Source: an uncultured virus (IMG/VR IMGVR_UViG_3300031673_000002) (lineage: Duplodnaviria; Heunggongvirae; Uroviricota; Caudoviricetes). From it: 23,392 bases of DNA. The notes below the pieces were generated by a model, which was not told the DNA's origin, made no database searches, and was given only the letters and a program-made list of their open reading frames with translations. Location of the stretch: IMG/VR virus record IMGVR_UViG_3300031673_000002; one strand, given 5' to 3'. Both the position numbers and the translations under genes were made by a program. Below, piece by piece: positions 14,785 to 20,966 of this stretch (position 1 is its first letter; the number at the start of each line of letters is the position of its first letter).

Positions 14785-14802
14785 GATGTTCTCCTTCCTT
14801 TG

Positions 14803-14880
14803 TGGTCCGTCGAGGGGGAATCGAACCCCCATTCAGTCTGAGTAAGAGTCAGGTGCAAAGCCAGTTTTTGCTATCGACGG
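14803..14880 (-). tRNA. trnK: tRNA-Lys(CUU)
   Basis: Loop CT-CTT-AC, D stem GCAA/TTGC, CCA. Confidence 0.87.
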
Positions 14881-14927
14881 TCGTCATGTTGTGGACTGTC
14901 CAAGGTCGTCCCTACCTTCTGCTTCCG

Positions 14928-15004
14928 TGGTCCGAGAGGCAGGATTTGAACCTGCGGCCCCTGCACCCCCAGCGCAGTGCTCTGCCAAGCTGAGCTACTC
15001 TCGG
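14928..15004 (-). tRNA. trnP: tRNA-Pro(GGG)
   Basis: Loop CT-GGG-GG, C1-G72, A73, CCA. Confidence 0.92.
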
Positions 15005-15007
15005 TCG

Positions 15008-15083
15008 TGGTGGAGATGACAGGCTATGATCCTGCGACCTTCTCGATGCCATCGAGACGCTCTCCCAACTGAGCTACATCCCC
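15008..15083 (-). tRNA. trnA: tRNA-Ala(GGC), atypical T loop
   Basis: Loop AT-GGC-AT, G3.U70, A73, CCA; T loop ATCATAG. Confidence 0.88.
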
Positions 15084-15137
15084 GTATTGTCGCCCGTCTC
15101 TCCGAGCAGCCACGCCAGACAAAGACGGCGTTCCCTT

Positions 15138-15214
15138 TGGTGGAGTCGGGGACAGATCGAAGTCCCTACTTCGCCTTGCAAGGGCGGCGTTTTCGCCACG
15201 TAAACTACGACCCC
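15138..15214 (-). tRNA. trnA: tRNA-Ala(UGC), atypical T arm
   Basis: Loop CT-TGC-AA, G3.U70, CCA; T arm GGGAC-TTCGATCT-GTCCC. Confidence 0.86.
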
Positions 15215-15323
15215 AAAATGACCCTACTTCTTGCCTGGTGTGGGGAGGGTCACACCCACTTCCTGTTTTCCAGGGCTTCCACCTGGGAGCCCAATGCTTT
15301 CCTCCTTTTTGGGTAGGTGGTGA

Positions 15324-15402
15324 TGGCGGCACGTACGGGATTTGAACCCGTGATCTCCTCCGTGACAGGGAGGCGTCCTAAACCGAACTAGACCAACGCA
15401 CC
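15324..15402 (-). tRNA. trnD: tRNA-Asp(GUC)
   Basis: Loop CT-GTC-AC, G73, CCA. Confidence 0.93.
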
Positions 15403-15409
15403 AAATGAA

Positions 15410-15480
15410 CCTTCCCAGAACGTTTGAACCCCCTCGACCGTCTGACGGCCAAGGGGGTTCAAGTGAACCTGGGCGTCAGA
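15410..15480 (-). promoter_or_regulatory. attenuator-like RNA switch between tRNA-Pro(CGG) and tRNA-Asp
   Basis: 18-bp hairpin 15424-15462 mutually exclusive with pairing 15474-15480/15441-15447 plus 15464-15469/15456-15461; no clear U tract. Confidence 0.5.
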
Positions 15481-15488
15481 AAAGATGG

Positions 15489-15725
15489 TCAGCCAGTACC
15501 GGCTTCAACGCGACGATCATTCGCATTGATCGCGGTCGTCCCGAAAATCGAGGTGCGCTTGGCGCAGATGAAGCTCTCTGCTGATTTTTGGTCTCGGTGG
15601 AGGGAATCGAACCCCCGTTTTCTTGCTCCCGAAGCAAGCGGCCTACCTGACTGGCCCACACCGAGGCACGGGGAAGCAGAGAGCTTCACTGGCGACGGCT
15701 TTGTAGGTGGGGTCATGGTGAACAT
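15489..15725 (-). CDS. putative 78-aa leader ORF reading through tRNA-Pro(CGG)
   Basis: ORF track; GAGG SD; five Pro before the tRNA-Pro; stop lies 8 nt before the switch at 15480. Confidence 0.4.
   Translation of the reverse strand: MFTMTPPTKPSPVKLSASPCLGVGQSGRPLASGARKRGFDSLHRDQKSAESFICAKRTSIFGTTAINANDRRVEAGTG
15589..15665 (-). tRNA. trnP: tRNA-Pro(CGG)
   Basis: Loop TT-CGG-GA, C1-G72, A73, CCA. Confidence 0.9.
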
Positions 15726-15763
15726 CGAAATCGAGCCTCGGTGCGCAAGGTGCGCGTTGGTCT

Positions 15764-15797
15764 TCTATAGGTAGTGCAAAGCAGACGGGGAAGTCAA
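15764..15797 (-). promoter_or_regulatory. putative promoter of the main tRNA-rsr-Y RNA operon
   Basis: TTGACT at 15792-15797 with A-rich upstream tract; -10 region CTACCTATAGA is imperfect. Confidence 0.4.
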
Positions 15798-15882
15798 CCG
15801 GCTTCTTCGCAATTTCTTGATCTTTTTTTCATCGCCATAAGATCCGGGCACTTACGTGGATCCAATGTCATGGATCAGCGTA

Positions 15883-16134
15883 TCATACGGGCAGCCCTCT
15901 TCGTTCGATCTCAGCCCGTATCAGGCCGGGCGTGATTAAGTGCTTGATGCCGCCAGGGGCGTTGACGACGAAAGGGTGCCGCTTCTTGTGGGCCTTCGCC
16001 TGGAGCTTACGGAGCTTCTTCTCTGTCTTGCTTTGGAGGAAGGTAACGGTGTCATCAGCCGATGCTACTTTCTTGCCCCTGCCGACAGCAACCTGCTCGT
16101 GTATGGGCCGCGCACTGCTTGGCTCGGTAGTCAT
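15883..16134 (-). CDS. hypothetical basic protein (83 aa)
   Basis: ORF track; GGTGA SD; follows AAA ATPase gene. Confidence 0.6.
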   Translation of the reverse strand: MTTEPSSARPIHEQVAVGRGKKVASADDTVTFLQSKTEKKLRKLQAKAHKKRHPFVVNAPGGIKHLITPGLIRAEIERRGLPV

Positions 16135-16196
16135 CGTTTCACCACGGGGAGATACTCATACCGGTCCTCCGCAGATCACGAACACACGCTACGCCA

Positions 16197-18479
16197 TCAA
16201 TCCATAACGGCAGGAGCGCGCACCTCGTCCGGGATGGGGAATTCCATGCTCTTCTTCGCGTCAGGGCGCTTCGATGAGGTCTTCTTCTGTCCCGTGCTGT
16301 TCAGGTTGGCCGTGAGCTTGTGCGCCGACTCGTAGGTCTGAACCGCCGTCTGGATCTCCTGACGGATGGCGAGGTTGCCGACGAGGTGATCCACCGCGTT
16401 GGACAAGTCCAGTGAGGTCACGGTTGCATGCGGTGCAAGGCGCTTCTTGAGCTTGGCCTTGTCCTCCGCTGTGAACTCCGTGAGATCGAATCGTCCTGTC
16501 TCCTCCGTCAAGCTCGTGACGACTTCCTCGGCGACCTTGGGGTGCATGCGCACGAACGTACCGAGCTTGTCTCGCCAGATGTGGTCACCAACCTTACGGA
16601 TGATGTCACCCACGGCGCCTTCGAGCTTCTGTGCCGCTTCTTCCCAGGCATCGTGCTTGATGTTGGTAGGAAGGTAGCCCTCGACAAACTGCTTGAGCAG
16701 CTTCACCCGATCTGCCTGCGTCAGCTCGCCGACGATGACCACCTTGTTGAATCGGCGGAGCATCGCGTGCGGGATGCGCTGCGGGAAGTTGGTCGCTCCC
16801 CACACCGACAAGTTCGGGTACTGGACGACGCCATCCATGAGGATCTGGAATTCCAGCGTCAGGTTCGTGCTGCTGAAGTCGCGGTCGTCATTGAGAACGG
16901 AGTCGATCTCATCGATGAGGAAGTGAACGCGACGCTTCGCTTCCTTGCTGAGACGAAGACCCGCCTCGAACAGACGCTTGGGGTTCTTCTCAGCCTCTCC
17001 CTTCCAGCAGGTAAGGAAGTCCGAACCCTGAGCGAACACGCCGATCGAATCCTTGTCGCCACCCACGGCGCGGAGAATCTCCGACTTACCCGATCCCGGA
17101 GGACCCACAAGCAACACGTTGGCCTTGTCCGCTGTCTTGCTCGGCGAGGTCGCCAAGAACAGATTGTGGAACTTGTTGGTCTCCTCGATGGACTGGATGA
17201 AATCCTTGACCTCATCGAAGCCGCTGCCCCTGATCTCGTCGAGGGTTGCGAGGGGGCGCTGTCCCGGAGTGACCTTGAGGGCGCCGGGTGCCTCGCCACC
17301 GAAGGGGTTGCCCGCACTGATCGAGCACACGTAGAACGAGTTCTCCTCGTGGAAGAACTTGCGCAGCTCTGCTTTGCGGTTGAGGACGTAGTTGACGAGG
17401 TCATCGACACTCACCATGTTGTCGACAAGGTGGTCCACAATGGCTTCGAGGGTCTCGTTCTGAAACGCAAGAGCGAAGCGCTCCTCGCGCGTCATCATCC
17501 GTTCCTTGTCACGGCTCACTACGTCGGCTGGGTTGAGATCCTCGATCGCTTGCAGGGCGACGTCGATCGACCCCACATCCTGCCTACGAGCTAGCTGCCC
17601 GTCCAGGTACGACATCGCCATCCGGGTGGCGTCCGAGAAGCCTGCCTGCAAAGACTTCACTGAGGAACGCATCATGCCGAGGTAGACGGTCGTGAACTTG
17701 ATGAGCGTGTCTGGGGCGTAGAGGAGCGATGCCGCGTTCGAGTTCTTGACGAAGGACGCAACCAGCTTCGCCTTGCTCAGCGAGTAGGCGGAAAGCTCAT
17801 CAGGATTCTTGCCGTCCTGAATCTCACCATCGGCGTCGATGTTGCTGTACACAGCCATCGCGATGTCGGTGATGATCGGGTCGCGGTGGATTTGCAACCC
17901 TTCCACCGTGTGCCGATGGATCAGCTTCTTGTGGTAGCTCTCCAGGCTGTGCTGAATGTCCTCTGCCATCTTGGTCAAGTAGATGTCGGCGTCCCTCAAC
18001 GAGATGAGCGCCCCGATGTTGCGGGAGAGCGTGGGCGCGTTGAGCTGCATCTCGAAGTGGAGGTTCTGGACGTCCTTGCCGTCGCGCATCGAGTCGTAAC
18101 GGCTCTTGGAGAGCACGAAGTCACCCGGGGTGAGGTCGTTCATCAGGGACAGCATCTCATCGTACAGGCGCTGGAGGGACGACGTGATGACGTAGCCCAC
18201 GTCGATGAAGGTGTCCGTGGTGACAGCTTCCTCAAACGGATCGACTGCTTCCATCATGCCGGCGGGTCGGTTCCTGCGTAGCGAGTTCCTCTTGTTCTCG
18301 CCAACCATCGCCCTCCGTGCCTGACGGAAGACGGAAGAGAACTCCTCAAGCTCCTGCACTTGGTCAGCGAGGTGTCTCTTGAACTCCTCCATAGGAGCAC
18401 TTCTACCCCTCATGCTCTCGACGACCTTGACCAGGCCATAGAAGCGGTTGGGATTGTAGAAGTCGATCTTGGTGCTCAT
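16197..18479 (-). CDS. AAA+ ATPase (classic AAA clade) with long N-terminal region
   Basis: Walker A GPPGSGKS, pore loop WKGEAEK, Walker B FLIDEID, SRH GATNFPQRIPHAMLRRF. Confidence 0.92.
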   Translation of the reverse strand: MSTKIDFYNPNRFYGLVKVVESMRGRSAPMEEFKRHLADQVQELEEFSSVFRQARRAMVGENKRNSLRRNRPAGMMEAVDPFEEAVTTDTFIDVGYVITSSLQRLYDEMLSLMNDLTPGDFVLSKSRYDSMRDGKDVQNLHFEMQLNAPTLSRNIGALISLRDADIYLTKMAEDIQHSLESYHKKLIHRHTVEGLQIHRDPIITDIAMAVYSNIDADGEIQDGKNPDELSAYSLSKAKLVASFVKNSNAASLLYAPDTLIKFTTVYLGMMRSSVKSLQAGFSDATRMAMSYLDGQLARRQDVGSIDVALQAIEDLNPADVVSRDKERMMTREERFALAFQNETLEAIVDHLVDNMVSVDDLVNYVLNRKAELRKFFHEENSFYVCSISAGNPFGGEAPGALKVTPGQRPLATLDEIRGSGFDEVKDFIQSIEETNKFHNLFLATSPSKTADKANVLLVGPPGSGKSEILRAVGGDKDSIGVFAQGSDFLTCWKGEAEKNPKRLFEAGLRLSKEAKRRVHFLIDEIDSVLNDDRDFSSTNLTLEFQILMDGVVQYPNLSVWGATNFPQRIPHAMLRRFNKVVIVGELTQADRVKLLKQFVEGYLPTNIKHDAWEEAAQKLEGAVGDIIRKVGDHIWRDKLGTFVRMHPKVAEEVVTSLTEETGRFDLTEFTAEDKAKLKKRLAPHATVTSLDLSNAVDHLVGNLAIRQEIQTAVQTYESAHKLTANLNSTGQKKTSSKRPDAKKSMEFPIPDEVRAPAVMD

Positions 18480-18739
18480 GTCTTATCCCGGTAGGTGGTA
18501 TAGGACCGATGGTAGGCGCACCTTCCTCGCCTACCTGCGGTGGTCGTCCGCTCCGGCTCCTGCCCGCCGTGGGCTCGCGGTTTGGTGTTTGGTTACAGGC
18601 ATCAATCACCGCGAGGAGACAGCCCAAGGAAACGCTACCTCGTCGTGAGGTTGTTGTCAGCCCTCTTCTGTTGGCGTCGGGCGCCGCCATGAGCTTCTGC
18701 CGAATGCGTTTCACTTCGACATCCTTCCAGATAGGCGAC

Positions 18740-18856
18740 TCAATCTACCCAGCCGTCACCACGAAGGAGGTGCCACGTGCGGTGCTTGAGTACCTCAAGC
18801 ACCAAACGAAAGAGAGACGGGGCCTCGTACACGCCTGCGGTGGTGATTAGCTTCAC
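18740..18856 (-). CDS. small hypothetical protein MKLITTAGVYEAPSLFRLVLEVLKHRTWHLLRGDGWVD (38 aa)
   Basis: GAGGGA SD and TAGTG coupling with methyltransferase stop; 3' part of ORF 18740..18940. Confidence 0.55.
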   Translation of the reverse strand: MKLITTAGVYEAPSLFRLVLEVLKHRTWHLLRGDGWVD

Positions 18857-19467
18857 TATTCGTCCCTCACTCTCTGCATGCGATGGGCAACAGGCTCGGC
18901 GTGCGCCAGCACGGGAGCTTCCAGTCCCCACGCTGCCCAACCCGGCGCCGACTCGCGGGCGAACAACTCAATCCGAGGCCGGTCGCCAAAGAGGCGGACG
19001 ATGTGGTCACGGACGATAGCCGGCTTCTTGCTATGCTTGCCTGGCCTCTGGTGGGGCACGACCTGTGGTACCGCAGCGTCGAGCAGAGGGAACGGGCGGC
19101 CCCTCTTCTGCGGCGTCGCCAGGAGACAAAGCTCCGATGTCGGCTTCGTCCCCGTCGGCGGAACACCCTGCCCGTGGATGAGACCGCCGTCCCGCCGCGT
19201 CTTCACCCAGTTGAAGGCAACACCTCGGTAGCACAGGCCCCAAGCAGCTATGGCCTGGAAGGCAAGATCGAGTCTCGGGCACGTTGCCCAGACGAAGAAG
19301 GCTCCGCGCTTCGGGTCACGTAGAAGGCCCTTCATGTCCAGTGCGCAGATCGACTCCATCGACATGAGGTCGTAGTGCTTGCCTGCCGCAGCGTCCTTGT
19401 TCGGGTCGCCGTACATTGGCCATGCAGGGTCAGCATAGATGATGTCGTAGTGCGGACCCCAGGTCAC
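18856..19467 (-). CDS. MT-A70 family adenine methyltransferase
   Basis: YDIIYADPAW (DPPW-like), HYDLMS, FFVWAT, AWG-x2-Y-x5-WVK, HSKKP, RIELFARE-x2-PGW-x2-WG; likely GTG start 19467 (ORF track start 19494). Confidence 0.92.
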   Translation of the reverse strand: MTWGPHYDIIYADPAWPMYGDPNKDAAAGKHYDLMSMESICALDMKGLLRDPKRGAFFVWATCPRLDLAFQAIAAWGLCYRGVAFNWVKTRRDGGLIHGQGVPPTGTKPTSELCLLATPQKRGRPFPLLDAAVPQVVPHQRPGKHSKKPAIVRDHIVRLFGDRPRIELFARESAPGWAAWGLEAPVLAHAEPVAHRMQRVRDE

Positions 19468-19601
19468 GTCGTCACCGCTCCGATCAGAAGGCACGTCGAG
19501 AGGACAAAGCGCACTCTAATGGGCGGGACAGCAACGCACAGTAAAAAAATCCCAAGTACCAAAAACAACCAAGAAGCAAAGAGAAGATTCCGATGACCCA
19601 A
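19464..19601 (-). CDS. possible small membrane peptide (45 aa)
   Basis: TTG start with GAGG upstream, hydrophobic LLFASWLFLVLGIFLLCVAV, GTGA overlap with methyltransferase start. Confidence 0.3.
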   Translation of the reverse strand: MGHRNLLFASWLFLVLGIFLLCVAVPPIRVRFVLSTCLLIGAVTT

Positions 19602-19841
19602 GTATTCCGCCTCGCTGATCTGAAGAGACGCTGCAAGCGCTGCCACAGGATCGACTGCGAGGACCACTGCGTACAATGTGGGAAAGACCACGATCACGAC
19701 GACAACGATTCCGATGTCTGTCTCTCGTGTGAAGCAAAGAACGACCCAATCGTAGTCGACGACGACAACGACCTGTGGCAGCCACCGGTCTACCCCGCCG
19801 ACGTGCTCTACGTAGTCAAGCACTACCGCAAGCAACGGTGA
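19593..19841 (+). CDS. small Cys-rich putative zinc-binding protein (82 aa)
   Basis: CxxC-x4-C-x3-CxxC...CxxC pattern, GC3-rich codons, ends just before the 19856 hairpin. Confidence 0.6.
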   Translation: MTQVFRLADLKRRCKRCHRIDCEDHCVQCGKDHDHDDNDSDVCLSCEAKNDPIVVDDDNDLWQPPVYPADVLYVVKHYRKQR

Positions 19842-19851
19842 CCAACAGCGC

Positions 19852-19892
19852 AAAACGGGATGCGTAGCTGGATGAGCCAGCTACGCATCCCG
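19852..19892 (-). terminator. terminator of the Leu/Ser tRNA block
   Basis: 16-bp perfect stem 19856-19871/19877-19892 followed by TTTT on minus strand. Confidence 0.78.
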
Positions 19893-19900
19893 GATCGCTA

Positions 19901-19988
19901 TGGCGGAGGGTGAGGGATTTGAACCCCCGGTGCCGCGAAGCACAACCGATTTCAAGTCGGTCGCAATCAGCCTCTCTGCCAACCCTCC
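19901..19988 (-). tRNA. trnS: tRNA-Ser(UGA)
   Basis: Loop CT-TGA-AA, long variable arm, G73, CCA. Confidence 0.93.
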
Positions 19989-20011
19989 ATAAATGGCGGC
20001 TACGGTGAGAA

Positions 20012-20098
20012 TGGAGGAAAGCAGCGGGATCGAACCGCACACCCGAAGGTGCCACTTGATTAGCAATCAAGGCCAGGACCAGACCTGGGTTACTTTCC
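20012..20098 (-). tRNA. trnS: tRNA-Ser(GCU), atypical D arm
   Basis: Loop TT-GCT-AA, long variable arm, A8, extended D stem CCAGG/CCTGG, CCA. Confidence 0.85.
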
Positions 20099-20102
20099 AT
20101 AG

Positions 20103-20197
20103 TGGCGGAAGGAGAGGGGGTCGAACCCTCACGACCCCTTTCGAGGTCAGTCCGATTTCGAGTCGGGTGCCGGCGCCATCTATCGGCTGGTCCTTCC
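20103..20197 (-). tRNA. trnS: tRNA-Ser(CGA)
   Basis: Loop CT-CGA-AA, long variable arm, G73, CCA. Confidence 0.88.
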
Positions 20198-20201
20198 AAA
20201 A

Positions 20202-20296
20202 TGGCGGATGGAGCGAGGGTCGAACTCGCACGACCCCTTTCGAGGTCAGCCCGATTTCCAATCGGGTGCCGGCGCCAACTATCGGCTGGCCCATCC
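20202..20296 (-). tRNA. trnS: tRNA-Ser(GGA)
   Basis: Loop TT-GGA-AA, long variable arm, G73, CCA. Confidence 0.88.
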
Positions 20297-20329
20297 AGAG
20301 AGAGAGAGCAAGTACCTTCTGCTCTTTCA

Positions 20330-20416
20330 TGGTACTCAAAACAGGACTTGAACCTGCACGCCCTTTCGGGCACAACCACCTCAAGGTTGCGTGTCTACCA
20401 GTTCCACCATTTGAGC
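20330..20416 (-). tRNA. trnL: tRNA-Leu(GAG)
   Basis: Loop TT-GAG-GT, long variable arm, A73, CCA. Confidence 0.92.
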
Positions 20417-20433
20417 AAACCTAAAACTATACT

Positions 20434-20520
20434 TGGTGTAAGCGGGGGGACTTGAACCCCCAGGTGGGTTTCCCCTTCGGAACTTAAACCCGCTGCGTCT
20501 GCCAATTCCGCCACGCTCAC
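20434..20520 (-). tRNA. trnL: tRNA-Leu(UAA)
   Basis: Loop TT-TAA-GT, long variable arm, A73, CCA. Confidence 0.88.
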
Positions 20521-20525
20521 ATAGT

Positions 20526-20611
20526 TGGTACCCCGAGGGGGACTTGAACCCCCACGCCCTTTCGAGCACTGCCTTCTGAGGGCAGCATGTCTGCAATTCC
20601 ATCACCGGGGC
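20526..20611 (-). tRNA. trnL: tRNA-Leu(CAG)
   Basis: Loop CT-CAG-AA, long variable arm, A73, CCA. Confidence 0.9.
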
Positions 20612-20614
20612 ACA

Positions 20615-20699
20615 TGGTACCGAGAGGGGGACTTGAACCCCCACGTCAAAAGACACCGGGGTTTGAAGCCAGCGCGTCTGCCAATTCCGCCATCTCGGC
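20615..20699 (-). tRNA. trnL: tRNA-Leu(CAA)
   Basis: Loop TT-CAA-AC, long variable arm, A73, CCA. Confidence 0.9.
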
Positions 20700-20800
20700 A
20701 CAGGTGGTGGTACGTATTCAGTTGTGGTCACGATGGCTGGTCGTTTTCGGGAGCCTTGGTCCTCATCTTCAATTCGCGAATTGCGATCGTCCCTTCCCAG

Positions 20801-20840
20801 AAAGAGAAAAACCCCCTCGCGGTCTCACCGGAGGGGGTTT
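20801..20840 (-). terminator. attenuator terminator upstream of Leu/Ser tRNA block
   Basis: AAACCCCCUC-CGGU-GAG-ACCG-C-GAGGGGGUUU followed by UUCUCUUU. Confidence 0.85.
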
Positions 20841-20866
20841 GTGTCGTCTTGGCCTGAGATCAGTTC

Positions 20867-20938
20867 CTAGACACACCCCTCCGTCGTCGAGCTAAGGCTC
20901 GACAGCAGCAGGAGGGATGACAAGGAGCGGAAGTTCAT
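20867..20938 (-). CDS. Ser/Leu leader peptide MNFRSLSSLLLLSSLSSTTEGCV
   Basis: 13 consecutive Ser/Leu codons; stop at the end of the antiterminator 5' strand; SD weak. Confidence 0.78.
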   Translation of the reverse strand: MNFRSLSSLLLLSSLSSTTEGCV

Positions 20939-20966
20939 CGGTATGGGGCCTGGCAAAAGAGATAGA

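Noticed and set aside
10908..15310. SD-led micro-ORFs MMRA (before Arg-CCG) and TTG-started GSQVEALENRKWV (before Ala-UGC) as codon sensors
   Set aside because: SDs are strong but codon match to downstream tRNAs is minimal; they show that not every spacer ORF fits the model.
2369..18281. Long antisense ORFs (e.g. 3375..3932, 5119..5748, 12990..13655, 16428..17594)
   Set aside because: Shadow frames of GC3-biased genes on the opposite strand; Val/Leu/Arg-rich with no motifs.
18403..18714. 103-aa minus-strand ORF
   Set aside because: Overlaps the AAA ATPase start by 77 nt with atypical composition; region may be a structured UTR.
19602..19853. 5' part of minus ORF 19464..19853
   Set aside because: Val-rich shadow of the Asp/Cys-rich plus-strand ORF 19593..19841.
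20301..20328. Eighth Y RNA (GAGCAGAAGGUACUUGCUC hairpin)
   Set aside because: Has the CUUGCUC strand but no bulged C and no GGGUUAYC motif; likely a simple spacer hairpin or relic.
7756..20699. Suppressor, Sec or Pyl tRNAs, or stop-codon recoding
   Set aside because: No CUA, UUA or UCA anticodons found; long genes are intact in the standard code and end in TAA, TAG and TGA.
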